The translations under genes and the position numbers were made by a program. Below the pieces are notes generated by a model, which was not told the origin of the DNA, searched no databases, and saw only the letters and a program-made list of their open reading frames with translations. Positions 39,930 through 56,300 of a stretch of DNA of 64,000 bases are shown piece after piece; the stretch's first letter is position 1; each line of letters begins with the position of its first letter. The DNA comes from Lama guanicoe. Taxonomy: Eukaryota. Where the stretch lies: assembly GCA_013239625.1 (NCBI GenBank), contig MU053629.1:3189567-3253566 (forward strand). The letters are read 5' to 3'.

Positions 39930-40560
39930 CTGCTAATGTGATCAGTCTAATACATTAATTGGTTGCCCTCTTAGCTGAATCAAGAGTGAGGCAAAGAGAA
40001 GGGCTTGTGGAGAGAAGGGGGAGCTGCTGAAAAGAAAACATCTGGTTATATTTAATCTATGTTTAATGATTCTGCATAAGCAGTGTCTGTAATTTGTAAC
40101 TCGCTGGAAAGCCGGTCATTAGAAAGTGTCAGTTCAATTTTTTACAAGGTTTGAGACTGAACCAGGGCAGTTGCCATTAATAGCTAACTCTATTAGATCT
40201 ATATGTGGAAAATACTCATTAGGCCGGCGGGCGATAAATCAGACACTGCAGGATCTGAGAGTCACTCCTCGGGCTGCTTAGGTCCTAATTCAGACCCGAC
40301 CTATCTGTATTGACGGCCGGGTCTCCAATGTTTAATAAGTAAACCTCGACATGTCAGGCTATGATTAAACTGTCCTGGGAGGGCTGCAAGCAAATGAAAC
40401 TGTCACATACGTTTCCCTGGGGCCCAAACTTCTCATGACCTCAAAGTACCATGGAGTAAACCTTCCGCTCATATATATTAACGGCCCAGACACTTACAAA
40501 AATAGCCAAGCTCAGTGGTGATCATTCATCAAAAGAATCTCGTCCCCTGGGAGGTAGTGA
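39930..40560. promoter_or_regulatory. Candidate intronic enhancer / conserved non-coding element
   Basis: Non-repeat AT-richer island in GC-rich intron, dense in TAAT/ATTA and TGTCA motifs, with retained CpGs; conservation not verifiable here. Confidence 0.5.
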
Positions 40561-41560
40561 GTGCTCAGTGGACGTACTTAACCAGAGGCCAGATGAGACT
40601 CTTGCATAGATGACCTTGAAGTTGCTTTCAGCTCTAGTTTTACCTTCGACTGAAATCCCTTTGCTCCTTACAGGTTAAAGTGCAAATTCTGCAACCTGTC
40701 TTCAAAACTTTCCAGAAGTCCCCAGACTACATTCTCGGTCCCCCTTGCCATCCACGGCCTCTGCATCCTTCTGCCCTTCACTATGGCTGGACAGTCATTC
40801 TGTCCACGCCTCTGTGCTTTGCTCAGGCTGTTTCCTCTGCCCGCAACGCCTTTCTTCCATCTGTGGCTTTTAGGCTAAGGCCCAGATGAAATCCCACACA
40901 GCATGGAGCCATCCCCCAGATCCACCCTGCCCTGACCTAACTAAGCCAGGGACAGCAGTAAGCAACCGTGTGCCATGGAGCCAGCTTCCACCGTCACAAC
41001 TGGTTGTTAAATATTCAGGAATGTTGCCACTGCTGTTAAACTACTGGTACCTTAGAACCAACCACAGTGGGAATATCTGTACGATGCAAATCTGCAAATG
41101 ATACAAATTAGGCCTTTTCTTTCCCACAGGGAGCCAGCTGAGCAGCACACCAACGCCCCTCCTGTTGAGTAGAAGAGGTTGGCTGGAGTTGGTGTTGTGG
41201 ATTCTGCAGCTGAGACAGGAAAGCATGTGGCGAGGGATTAGTGATGTTGGCCTCGGTGTGAGGAGAGAGGGGCTGGGAAGCTGCCATCTGCGGAGAAGCC
41301 AGAACCGTCTCCTCTGGGCTCCCACAGCATACCCTGCCTTTCCCACCCTGCGCTCAGCACAAGCCATCTGGGGCCATTTCGTATGCGGACTTCACCTACG
41401 CTTGTTTCATTTTTTATCCGTTTAGACTGAGCTTTGGAGTCAGAATTCATTTCTCAGCTCTGCCAGTTGCTAGCTGTGAGACCATGGAGAAGTCATTTAA
41501 CCTCTTTGAGCCTCTTCCTTCAAATGCATAATAATTTTGTCTCACGCCCCGTGGTGTCTA

Positions 41561-41896
<336 letters not shown>

Positions 41897-42149
41897 CTAC
41901 CTGTCCAGTCCCACATGGTGATGAAGACGGGCTTCTCCAAGTATGGGGGGAGCCACGCCCACCCCACACCTTCGAGGGCCCCATCCCTTTCTACAGAGAG
42001 GAGCTGTGGTCTGGTACTGTTTGCACTAGGAAGCAGAGCTGGGCCGTGAACTTGGGAACAGAAAAGCCAGGGCAGGAAGACAGGAGACCAGAGGGAGGAA
42101 TTTGACGGGGGCCTCTCAGGCCAGTACTAGCTCCAGCTGGGAAGGGTTA

Positions 42150-42413
<264 letters not shown>

Positions 42414-45400
42414 CTATGCAGTATGAAGAGGTAAAGGCAAGCACAGAGCATTTGGGGATGTGGAAGAAAAACCCAGAGAGGCTTGTCTGGTCAGGGAGGG
42501 CTTCCAGGAAGAGGTGACACCCAAACTGAGTCCTAAGGAACAAGGAGGGTTTGACCAGGTAAAGGAAACCCTAGTGCAAAGAACAGGAGGCAAGAGGGAG
42601 AATCTTGCAGGTGAGATATGGCAAGAGATGAGACTGTGGGATAAGAAGGGATCAGATCATGAAGGGCCTCCTTCATCTTTGACACCTTATATTGGTATCC
42701 AAGGTTAGTGGGGCAGGTGAAGCTGCGGTGGGGGCCTCAGAAGCTGGGAGCGAGCTGCATGCCCACCCACGTTAGCCTAGGAGCCACTGGTTCTTGCTGG
42801 GTCCCAGTTAACCAGCCCCGGGAGGTGGCCCAGAGAGCGAGTGGGGGTCTTTTCAGATTCTTTTGACCACAACCCTCAGTGCAGTATATATTTTGTATCA
42901 AATGTACACACATATGCATAATAGAAACAAGCACTTTGCAAACTGACATTTACTTGTCACCAAGTGTGATGCAACCTGATGTTTTCTTTGCACTATGATG
43001 TATTGTTTCATTAAGGAAAAAACACAAGTTGTGACCCCAACAAATTGATTTAATGACCTTCAGTTTGACAAACAGTGGGGAAATGGATGGAGTTCGTCAA
43101 AAAGAAAGAGGGGCCAGGCCTGCAGTCTTTCAGTCTATTTGAGCTGAGCGAGAGGAAATATGTGTTGGGGTGTTTACAGCCCGGAGGCTGAGAAGGAGTT
43201 TTAAAAGGCCCCAGGCTGGATGCCCCGCTCTGGGGTGGGGTTTCCTCCCAGGCAGGAAGGCTTCCAGTTTGATCCGTATTCAGTGAATGGACCGTGGGGG
43301 GCCCGGGAGACCAGCTTGGCTTTGGAAGGTGAATATCGGAGGCTCAGAAAGGAACAGAATTAGTTTAAAAATCTTGTCTGCCTTGTTATAAGGACAGGGA
43401 TCGTGAGAAAGAGGGAGGAAGACATTCAGGCCCAGTGAACAGAGCCAGCCCCAGCAGCAGCAGGAGAGCGGAGGGACCAATTTAGAGGCAGGCTGGAATT
43501 GTTCAGGCTCACCTGGGCCCGTGGGGGAAGGGGAGGGGCCGAGCAGCCAGAGAGAGTGGGGAGGGCGGGGACGCAGCAGGGTTTACTCATCCACCAGTGC
43601 CTCAGTCTAGCCTGTGCTCGCTCCCGGGGCCTCCTTCCCCGTGACAGCTCAATTCTGCAGCAGGGTCGGGGATACAGATGTCACTCTCCAGGAAATAGGC
43701 CTCTGCATGGAGGGCAGTGGGAGGGGGAAGCTTTTCCCAGGGGATGCGGTCTTTCCCCAGTGAGCATCTGGTGGCCACATTTCACCCCTCGATGGAGGTC
43801 TCTCCCGGGGGAGTTTCAGGTGCACCAGAGGTGAGCCCTGGACAAGCAGCACAGACAAGTGGACTGACAAGGAGCCTGGGGCAGCGGAAACCACAAAGCT
43901 GTTTAAAATCGAAAGCCGTGATCTGCCCCAAGGAGTTCTTTTGCCTATGGTTGTTAAAAACCCAGGATTCAGACCGCAGGCCGAGGGACACGGCTGCTCC
44001 TGGCAGGTACGCTGGACTAAGGTGGAGGTCCGCTGTCTGGCAGGGGCCTGCGATCCCATCGGTGCATCAGGCACTATGTTAGGCTGACCGAGGCGCACAC
44101 AGCACACACAGACCCGGCCCTCTCCTGAAACTATACGCAGATATTACTGTGATTAGTAAAACCCAATGCATGTGAAAGCACCCCTCAATTCGCAGCAGCC
44201 TGTTGTTCTCATGATTCCCCCCAATCAAGGGTCCTCTTTCTTGGGAGATTAAGAACCACAAGTGAAAGGTGGTTATGCTCAGATGGCAAATGACGGCCAG
44301 GGCCCACTGGCTTCTAGGCTTTCACAGTTATTCTATTCTAGGCCTGGTTCTGTGGGCTCCTGTTTGAGGTTCTTCTATGTCCTAAGAACTCCCTGGAGCT
44401 TAAGACATTGGCACCTAAGTAGAGAGGAGGGCGTAGGGTCTCCCCCTGCATGGAGAGCCCAGTTCCACTGGGGCACTCAAAGGGGCTGACCTCAGCCTGG
44501 GGAGGTCTCCCACTGCAGCCTCTTAAGAGGCATGGCTTCATCAGTTAGTTGCCTTCTCTGGGCCCTGTTTTCCCTACAGTTGAATGGGAATAGTAATCCC
44601 CCTTAGGGAATCTCCCTGTTTTATTATTTAGGAACCCCTACACAGCTATATTGATGGGTAAAGCGAGGCTAAGAATCCATATATTGGGACCTCTAGCTCA
44701 TGCTACAAGGCCAGCAACAACTCAGCAGCCCACATCCTTCAGGGACTGTTTTGGGTCTTCCTTCTCCAGGAAGCCTTCCTGGATGTCTGCCCCAGGGATT
44801 CAAGTATCTATTTGATAGTGGATACAGCTTTGTCCCAAAGCTTTTGAGCTTTGGTTCAAAATAATCATTTGAATATTTCATATATATGTGTCCTGTGACG
44901 ACCAGGACCATGGCTTATTGACACTTCTGACTCTTTGTCTAGGTGCTCCTAATGGACAGGGAAACCATCGTGGTCATCTTTGCATCTCTACTACCCAGGA
45001 CAGTGTCTGTCATACAACAGGTGCTCAGGGACTAATGCTATTATTGAATTTTGCCATTTATTGCTGGGTCTGGTACAGTGCTGGGCACATGGTAGCTGCC
45101 ACTAAAAACTTGATGATGAAAAAAAAAACTTAGTGATGGCTTGAGTCAACAAATGCTAGTTGAATGAATAAATGGTTTCCCTTTCTAGTGTAATCCTGTA
45201 TCTCCCATCTTATGGGCGCTAATGTCCTGAGACCTTGGGCAACTCCCTTTTCCCATCTGCAGCATGAGGAGGTGAGAGCAGATCACCCTCAAGGTCTCCT
45301 TCACTTCAAGGGGAAAAGCCATACATGGTTATAGGTCAGCTTCTTTCAGTTTATTTCAACACTGAATAAGCACCTACTGTGTGCAGGGTAAAGTGAATCA

Positions 45401-46269
45401 GACAAGATGCCAGTCAAGAAGCCTGTGGCTAATGGGGGTGAAGGGAGAAGGTGTCCACACACTTAGAGCAAAGAAAGACAAGTGTTGGGCCAAAGGCACG
45501 AGCAACATGCCAGGGGCTGGGAAGTCGGGGGAGGGGGGAGGGCTCGCTGAGCAGGAGGCTGGAGCCTGGACCCCGCGCCCTCACTGACTTTCCTTGTTTC
45601 CTTCTGCCTGACAAACCTCAGGACATCAACTGCTCCTTTGAAATGACTTCAGGACCACATCTGGGGACATAAGCTCCAGAACGGCAGAGGCCTTGCTGAA
45701 AGGCTGTCCATCAAAGACAGAATTTTTAAGCACCAGATGTCATTAACATCTTACTGGCTCATTCGAAATTAAGGCAAAGGAAATTTAGAGTGGATTTCCA
45801 TGGGGCTCCAGCTAAGAGTTAGGGTAGGGTATCGGTGACCAGGGTGGAGCAGCTGCTCAGAAACTTTCTGCCTGTGGGGCACAGACACTGCCCAACAGCC
45901 TGGTGTGAATTATTTATCTGAGGACCGACACTGCCAGCAATACCTGTATTTCTTTCTCCTTGCTGTCCACCACCTTGGGGTTGGCTAGTGGGTTCATTCA
46001 TGCAACATGTCATTATTAAACACTGTATTCATGGCTTACATTGACCAAACACCTACTATGTGCCAGGCACTGTTAGCACTTAGAGGTATTAATAATGCAT
46101 TTAAACTTCAAAATGACCCTGTAGTTATAAGGATTATAATTATCCACAGTTTATGGATGGAGAATTCAGGTGCCCAGGGGTTAAAGGACTTGCCCAAGGT
46201 GATCTGGCTCCAGCTCTGTGTCCTTAGCCACTGTGTTATCTTTATCTCAGTGTGTGGCAGGCAGCGGAG

Positions 46270-46960
46270 AGAGCGATGAACAAGGCGGATGTGGTCCCTG
46301 CCTCCACAGAGCTGATGGTCAAGGTGGGAGGCAGAAAATAAACAGTAAACTCAAATCAGTTCAATGACAATTGAAGCAAGTACTGCAAGATACTATAGGG
46401 TATTATGAGAGTTAATAATTGGGGTTCTTTCATTGTCTTGGCCAGGTTGGGGGTGATGGTAGCCCTCAGAGGAAGCAATCTTTAGGTTGAAATCCGGGGA
46501 GTGAGAAGGTGTTATCAGGTGAAGAGAAGGGGAAAGAGTGATCCAGGCAGGAGGAATGTACCTGCACAGGCCTGGAGTCAGGAAGGTGGCTGGCCCTGGT
46601 GGCTGGAGTGAAGTGGGTGACGGGAGGGGGCAAAAGAGAGGTAGAGGAGTTGGGCAGGGCCGGATCACGCGGACCTTGACCCCCTGAAAGGATTTTGAAT
46701 TGTCTAGGAGTGACATGAGAAGCCACTGAGGCATCCTGAGCAGAGAATGATGTGAACGGATCTGGGTTTTGAAAAATTAACTCTGGCCACCATGTGCAGA
46801 GTGGATGCAGCTGAGCAAGAGGGGAGGCCCAGAGACAAGCAGGAGGCCGAGGCAGTGCCAGCTGACAGAGAGGGGATGAGGGTGGAGGCAGTGGCTGGAG
46901 AGAGATGGATGGGTTTGCCATGTATTTAGGGGGTCGGCTGACAGGACACATGTGGAGGCC
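46270..46960 (-). mobile_element. L2 LINE fragment (MIR fragment adjacent at about 46050-46240)
   Basis: gatgaacaagg...gtccctgcctccacagagctg and gaagccactgagg...gatgtgaacggatctgggttttgaaaaattaactctggcc match reversed L2 3' region. Confidence 0.7.
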
Positions 46961-47261
46961 AGGAGATCCTGGGCTAAGGAGAAAGTTCCTTGGCCCCCTC
47001 TCCACCATATCCTCTGCAAACATAGACTGAGCCCACACTTTTGTCTGATTTTTTAAAAAACGGATCTGTCCCTAGTCCTTAGAACAGAGCCTACACGTAA
47101 TAGGTGTTCAGTTAATATTCATTTACTTGAATTGAATGAATTGGGGAACTGAAGCCCAGAGGAAATGAAGGAAAGGTGCAAATGTAGAGGAGAAAGAAGC
47201 AGAGAAGGAGAAAGAGAAAGAACAGTCAAGAGAAGGAGGAGAAACCAAGAGCCCAGTTTCA

Positions 47262-47531
<270 letters not shown>

Positions 47532-48371
47532 TCATTCTTTGGCTACATTAATAAGAATATGCAGTTTGGAAGGAGGGAGGTGATGGTCCCGTCCTACCTC
47601 CCAATGGTCAGGCTCAGAGAGCTGGAATGATCGTTAATTAAAATTGTAAATGAAAATGCACTTTGCAAACTTTAAAGCACTGATCACATGTGAGGAATGA
47701 CTGATTTATTCTTCGTTACCAGGCAGGAAGGCGGCAACTAACATTTGTTGCATGCTCGTGAGGTATCAAGAACCTTATGTAACTCATTTCTCTTAATCCT
47801 CACAGCAACTGTATGAAGCAGTTCTGTTACATTCATAATTTATAGATGAGAAATAGGGTTAGAGAGGTGAAGTAACACGCTCCAGGTAACATAGGTAGAG
47901 TGAGGCAAAGTCAGGATTCGAACCCAGGACTGATTCAACAATATCTCATCAGTTGGTTTAATCTATTTGCACCTTAGACTAAGTCCAGGTGGTCATTGTT
48001 GGATAATGCTCGGTTTAGTCCTCCCACAGCCTGATCATAAAATTACAGGCTGCTGGAACCAGAAAGAAGCTTAGACGTTATCTATCAAGGAACGGCAACC
48101 GACGGATTAGTAAGGGCCGTCCTGTAGCGCTGTGTCGTGCGGGATTCTGAAGCTGCATTTGGGCTTGCGTAAATGTGCCAGTCCATTAATGCTTCCCAAG
48201 AGCACCTGGGGGAAAGGGAGGCCACATCACCGTATCTGCCAAGTATCTGCCACTTTACAGGCGAGAAGGCTGAGGTGTGATGTAGGACAGAGGGGTCAGA
48301 ACTGGGGCTGGGACCTGAATCCAAGTGTCCCCCGACCTGGTCCAGTAACACCTCTGCAGACAAAATAATCA

Positions 48372-48575
<204 letters not shown>

Positions 48576-49287
48576 TCACCTCTCCATCTGGGCCCAGCAG
48601 GGCGTTCTGCCCACTCCCACCCAAACCAGCCCTTCTCCGGTGGCTGGGTTGGAACACACAGGCCACATCCTGAGCCTACCCAGAACCAGCGCAGGGCTGT
48701 TAAGAGCACTGGGACTAGAACCTGGGGCTCCCGGCTCCCGGCTCTCACTGTTTTTGCTGTAGGTGGGTGATCCCATCTGGGATGGGATGAGCGGAGTGGG
48801 GAGGGCTCTCTCGGCCCGGGTTGGGCTCAGGAAGCTTATCTCAGGGCCCTGGGGTTTGTGGACAGGCCAATTTCCCATTCTGAGGCAGGTTACCAGCCTG
48901 TTTGCCCTCAGATCATTTCTCGCCTTCCCCTGCTCTGACCCGTGTCACAGGGGACTGGCCCCTGCAGCTGCTCCCGGCTGCGCTTGCCAGTGGGAGGCCT
49001 GGCCTGTGACTCAGGAGAGACGCCAGGTATCTCCTCTTCTTCCTCTGCTTCGGGCAGGGCCTCGGGCGCTGGCTGTGGCCTCTGTGCTCCAGCACTCTCT
49101 TCCCACCCCTCTGCCCACATCCCAGCTCCCACCAGGTGGCCCTCACACCCGGGCTCTGGGACCTCCACTTTCTCCCTTCATCCCTCTCAGCCCAGGAGTG
49201 GCAGTGACTGTGGGAGAAGCTACAAATCCCTGGATTGCTCATGTCACCTTGTACATATAGCCCTTCAGCTCTTCCAACACCATGCTA

Positions 49288-50197
<910 letters not shown>

Positions 50198-52069
50198 GGG
50201 AGCCTCGCCTGTTGGGGGAGGGGTCAGGCCTCCAGACCCCAGTTCTCACCCTCAGGGAACTTGAGCCCTGAGTCTGCAGTAGGTTACAGCAGCATAAAAT
50301 TTAACCCTTTGCCTCTCAATCTTACTTGATTCTCACCAGCAACCCCATGACGCAGGTAATAATATCCTCTCCCAGTTTACCCGAACCTCAGAGAAGTTAA
50401 AGGTAAGTAACAATGGCTCATGCTTATTAAGTGCTTTCTCAGTATCAGGTAGCAGGCGTACATCGTCTCATTTAGTGGATACCCTCAGGAGACAGGAACT
50501 ATTCCCTCTTCACAGACAGGACAACTGTCCGGAGAAGTTAGGTACCGTCCAGGCCATGGAGCTAAAAATGGTTGCTCTCTATCTGAACCCAGGCTGGCTG
50601 CTTACCCATTCTGTTACCACGTGTCGTAAGCCAGCTTCCCCGGAAAGCCATCTCTGAGATGGGGACTGGTGGGCTCTTGAGAATAACCCCCTCCGAGGGA
50701 GTGAGGACTGACTGGGAAGCAGGACCGGGCAGACAGAGGGACTGAGCTGAGCTGAGGATGCAGCTGATCTGCCAGGAAACTCGAGCTGGGCTGGCCCTCA
50801 GAACTGTCCTATCCGGGGAAAGGGAGGGAGAGCCTCCAGACCCCAGACCAATCACGGGATACCCACTGCCCCCCCCCCGGGGGGAAGGGGCAGGACTTCA
50901 GGGGAATCCGTGCTCTCCGGCTGAGGGCAATTTGTGGAGAGGGCTTCAGCTGCGCGCCACTAAGTTTCTGCAGCTGGGAGGAAGGAGTGCCTCTGCCCTG
51001 AATGGTGAATCCGGGATCCACCCTACAATGTCCATTTCTTGGGTGGGCTGTTAGCTCCAGGACGGAGTTCAGAGTGAGGGCATGCAGTCACTGCATTTTG
51101 GATTTCTACAATCTCCCCCAAAAGAGTGTCTCCAGCCAGCTTCTCAGGTCTTGTGCCCAGGTTTACTGTGGGAATGCTGCTGCCACATGGGCCAGGTGAC
51201 TAGAGCTCCCCGGGGCCCCACTAGCTGTGTGGCCTTGGACAGGTTGTGGCCCCTCTCTGAGCCTCATTTCCAGCATCTGTGAAATGACAGGCTTGAAGTA
51301 GAGGCGCTCACCTCTCAGCTCTAAGGGTCCCAGGCAGCTGGCCTCACCTCCATTTAGGCCACAGAGGGACCCAGATGTTGGGTCCCTGGTGAAGAGAGGC
51401 TCCTCTCCCCTTTTCTCCTGTCCTGCCTGGGTCAGGGAGGAGAGACTGGGAAGTGCAAAGTCCTGCACCAGAAGGTTCCATAGTTCCCACTCTTTCCCCT
51501 ACCAGTCCTTGGCAGGCCCTGACCAGCTGGAGTCTGTTAGAACTCCCATTACCCAGAAAATTTGAATTTCTCCAAGACTATAAATAGCCCATAAGAATAT
51601 ATTTAAGCTCTGAAGGCCTTGGCCCGGGTGCAAATTGCATGCTCGGTTTATGATTTTCTCTGCATGAGTTTACTTTAAGAGAGAAGGGTGTTTCTCCTGG
51701 CATCCTCATTGGTGTCCCCAACCCTGGTCCTCCCAGGAGGGCTCAGGGGGCCTGGGAGCCCAGCCATGGGTCTGCTGCTGGGGCTCAGAGAGGTCTGCTC
51801 ATCCTGGCCCTGGTCCAAGGGGCAAGAGGCAGAGCGCCCAACCTGAAACATCTCCCCAAAAGGCTGCACCAGGGTACCATTTTCTCCCAGTGCAGCTGAG
51901 CAGGGATATGAACAGTCAGTCAGCTTGGCCTTAAAGCAGCCCTGGGAGGCCACCAGGTGAGATGACACAAATGGACACGGAGAGGTGCAGTGACTTCCCC
52001 AGGGCCCCATGGTACATCAGTGAGGGTGAAGGAAGAAGAACCAGATCTTCTTTCTAGAAAGGGGCTTGG

Positions 52070-52290
52070 TTAGAGAATGGACACTAGTGCCATCCTGCTT
52101 CCACTACTTACTCACTGCATGACCTTGTGCAACTTACTAAACCACTTGGAGACTCAGTTCCTCCATCTGTAAAATGGGAATAATAATGCCCCCACTCACT
52201 TCACAGGATTACTAAGAGGATTAAATTCGTTGTTATGTATGAAGCAGATAGAACAGTGCCTGTCAGGCAGAAAGCACTATAAAAGCTATT
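52070..52290 (+). mobile_element. MIR SINE, near full length
   Basis: tgaccttgtgcaacttactaaaccacttggagactcagttcctccatctgtaaaatgggaataataat...aggattaaat. Confidence 0.8.
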
Positions 52291-53185
52291 ATTCCTACAA
52301 AGAAATAGTATCTTCTATGAAAAGAAGACACAAACCTTCCAAGATTTCAGCAGAAGGCAGCTCTGGAGGAGGGATCGATCTCTCACTCAATGAACAAATG
52401 CCCAGCCTTGTGCAGGAGAGGAGGGCTGGTGTTTACAGGGGGGCATGTGACCTCACATCCTCCAGTTCACTTTCCTGCCACCTCCTCCAGGCTGTCTCCC
52501 TGGTTCCCCTCGTCACAGCTGAATAGACCAGAACTTTTACCATCACACTTGGGGGATGCAATGACCACTCACTGAGGGGCTACAATGTGCCAGGAGCTGT
52601 GTGTTGCAAACACTTTCCATCTGTTAGCTCCTAATGGCAAACAAATCCGGATGGAGAAGGGGGCAGTTTCTAAAGTGCACAGTTCTGCCCTGAAGGCATG
52701 TGAAGCTGGTACAGCTGCCCCTCCTCCACCTCGCTGTCCTGACCCCCACCAGGTTCAAACTCCTCAATAAGTACAAGTAACTAACAGTAAAACCTTTTGT
52801 TAAAAAAATCCACGCCTTCTGGCCTCTGATTGGCTGTCTCTGGTGATGGACATGCACAACAAGCCAATAATCAGCCTAACCTCTCAGGTTTAGACTAACA
52901 GCTCTGCCCATCTCAAGGCGTCTCCTGGCCAAGGTCTGGTGATGCCCAGGGTGCCCACATGCCAACCCCCCAGCACACACCTCAATTTGAGGCACCACAA
53001 ATGGGCTTTAATCACGACAGCCTGTGTGGCACCTGAGTCTACGGGGATCAGCATTTATGTCTACCCGCGCTTAGGCAGCATACACACCTGTGAGACTCCA
53101 TGTGTTTGTCTCTGGGGCATCTGTTTACCCATCTGGGTGGATTTTGGTATATATTTGAGACACTTTCCTCGTCCGTCCCTCCTAG

Positions 53186-53332
53186 AGGGACAGTTTAGGC
53201 AAGAAAGGGCCCTGGACCAAGGGTCAGAGTATGTGGGTTTAAGTGATGCAAGGGCGCTGGCTCAAGGTGCCCTGGCCTCGTTTTTCACCCATTCAATCCA
53301 CAAACACCTGCAGAGCATCAACCAGAGGCCAG
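53186..53332 (+). repeat. 147-bp perfect dispersed duplication, copy 1
   Basis: Identical by base-by-base reading to 56444-56590. Confidence 0.95.
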
Positions 53333-56300
53333 AGGACCTGTCCTGTGCTGGTGGGAATTGGGTGCACACACAGCCACCACCATCCTAACACACTGGGGGT
53401 CCTGGTTTGCTCACGTGCCTGCCTCTGCCCTGGGCGTTGTGAGCTCAGGGAGACAGGGATCTGATTTTATTCACGTCTGGATGCTCGGGGCTCGGGACTC
53501 TGCTGGTGCACAGCGGGCCCTCCATAAATGCTGTTTAATTGAAATGAGATTCTGTGTGTACACACTGGCTTCTACTGTGGACAGAATGAGAAGGACGGGG
53601 CCCTTTCCATATGCTTTCTCTCTCATGCCAGGCCATTCAACAAATGTTTTCTGACTGGAGGCCGACTCTGAGCTAGCCCTGGGAGTGGGCTTCAGGGGCA
53701 CACGGGAGACTAAGACCTGGTCTCTGCTGGGGGCAACCCCCAGGCAGCGTCCACACAGGCATACTCACGCTTGCATCTAGATGTGTTTATTTGTACACTT
53801 ACTTACCTACTGTCTCCCCCAGTTAGACTGGAAGCTTCATGCAGTGGGGATCTTACCTGCCTGCCCCAGGATCCCTAGCTCGGTACCTGGCACAGAGTAG
53901 AGGTGCTCTATAGACAGTGTCGAGCAAATGAGTGAGGGGCCCTAGGGGGGTGGGGTTCTGTGGCTCCCATCACACACATAAGCAGAATACTGTCTGGTCC
54001 AAGGATGAGTCCCTTGCTACCACACCAACTCTGGGCTTCCCTGGGGGTCTTGTATAAAGGGAAAGCCAGGCCAGATCCTTGTCTATGGTTCCACACCCCA
54101 CCCCGCCACCTCCTGCTCGGCCAGGCTAAGGGTCCGCTACGGCCAGAAAACTACCCTATTGGCCTCGAGTGTAACCACTCAGGAAGACAAGACCCTTCGG
54201 GCTGATCAGGATCTTGGACATGATCAAATCTATTGCCTTCTTGAGAAAGAGACCAAAAGTCAGAGCTGGGATGGGCTGCAGGGACCGTCTTATCTGCTCC
54301 CCTGCCCCCAGCCCAGTGCTGGGCTCAGACAAGCCCTGAATCCGTGTCTGTTGCTCTTTTCACATTCTGGATAAAAGGGCAGGATGAGAAGCTGCCAGGG
54401 AAAGCTGGGGGTTTGCATTTGGCATCTCACATGCTTCACGCGGCCTAGCACCTCTGCTCACTCCCTCAGCGAGGAGTACCCTGCGGTCCTTTACTGAAGC
54501 TCTTCTCCAAGATCTCCACCCAGAATTCCTCTACATCTTACTGCTGGAAAACAGCCTTCTCTTCTGATAGACTCATGTTCTTACTAAGTAATACACAGGC
54601 CTTGGTTTCCTTATCGGTTATATGCGGCTGTTGGAATCAGTCTCCCCAACTTTTCACCACCAAGAACCCTTGTAAGTGTCGTTCCTCTACAAAGCTCTCT
54701 CAGTCTGAAAGACACCGCTGTTACTGTGTGCCGGTGCCTAAGGCCACTCAGGTACTGAACAGGTGCAATCTGGCCGGTGACCACATGCCACATGATGCTC
54801 GTGGCAGCATCTCGTCCACCAACCGTGACCTAGAAATTCCTATGATGTCACCTACAACCAGTCAGGGCTTCTGATTAGCGCACGCTAACCTGGAAGATTG
54901 TGTAGAGTTAATTTAATTCTAATTAAAAGCAGAAGAAAAACCTTGGTGTTTTAGTTAGCTTTGTTGCAGGTAATGGAAGATTGCCCACAGGCTTTGTGAA
55001 ATGTTCAAAATTGCCCCTGGCAAACTGCTGCGGCCTTTGCAGGTGTCTAGCTGGGAGCCACTGGCTGGGTCGTCCCTAAGGGTTCTTTAGTTCTGACTCT
55101 GAGCATCTTCTTGTCTGCAGTAGGTGTCTTAACCCAAAGGGGTGAGGAATGGTGGGGATGCAAATCCAGGGGGTAGGGAGCCCTCCAGAGTCTCTAAGAC
55201 ACACCAGCTGGGTGGCATCCACCTACTCTGCTAAAACATGGCTTGGGCCCGGCCACACACCCATTCCTACCAGCGGGGAGACAGCTCCTTGCGCCAGGGC
55301 TAGAAAGGAGGTTGCGAATCCCTTGGTCCAGCTGCCTTGTTTTACAGGTGAGGAAATAGGCCAAGAGAGGGAAAGTGACTTGCCCAAAGTCACACAGCCA
55401 ATGCTACACAGAGATGGGTTTGGAACGCAAGTCTCCTGGCTCCCCTTTCAAGTACAGGGTTCTAAGAGCCCAGATAACCTCCACTGCCCCTCCTCACTCA
55501 GATCAATGGCATACTCACCACCTAAACACACAGCATCCAGAGGATGTGGCCCTGACCTTGAGGAAGGGGCACCTGCCAAGGCTCAAATAATTTGGTCCTT
55601 TTTCAACACCAGGAAGTTGACATCTGGGCTTTTCATATCATTGTCTATCCTCATCTCACCTGCACAACCCACACCCCCAGCCCAGGAAAGGGAGCCCCCC
55701 ACCTCCCACAGGGGCAGGCCCCGGAGGTTCCAGCTTCTGCGGAGGGAAGCCTGCCAGTTCTGCTCAGTGTTTTCATTCTGTGAACAGAGGATGGATGTGA
55801 ACTCTTCCTCCCACCCAAAGGCCTGTTAATTATAGATGCAGCACTGGCTATTAACATCCTGAACTTGATTTGAAAGAGCTGCTGGAGGAACGGAACCCCG
55901 GAGCTGGTCCCGCTAAAGAGAGGCAGATCTCCCGTCCGCCTCCCGCCTGCCTCCTGCACAATGCGGCAACACAGACGCAGACCGCGGTGGGTAATGAGTT
56001 ACATGTTCTATTAAATTTGTTTCAAATGCCACTTACTGAATGCCCACCCCGCTCCTGCAATATGCTGCTCTGTAGTCTGGCCCTGTTTGAGCAAATTCAT
56101 CAACAGCTGGGCTCCTTGTGTGGCTTATCCGTTCTCCTTGCAATGGGCAGGAGGTTAATGAGTATTTTTCTGGATTAAAAGGAGGAGGCGGATGGAAGAG
56201 GTTGACCTCCCACCTCACACAAAAGAGGGTGGCAGTTGTGCAAGTTCGTCTCTGGGTCCCCTTAAATATGTTCTCGGGGTAGGAGGCAGTGTAAACGGAG

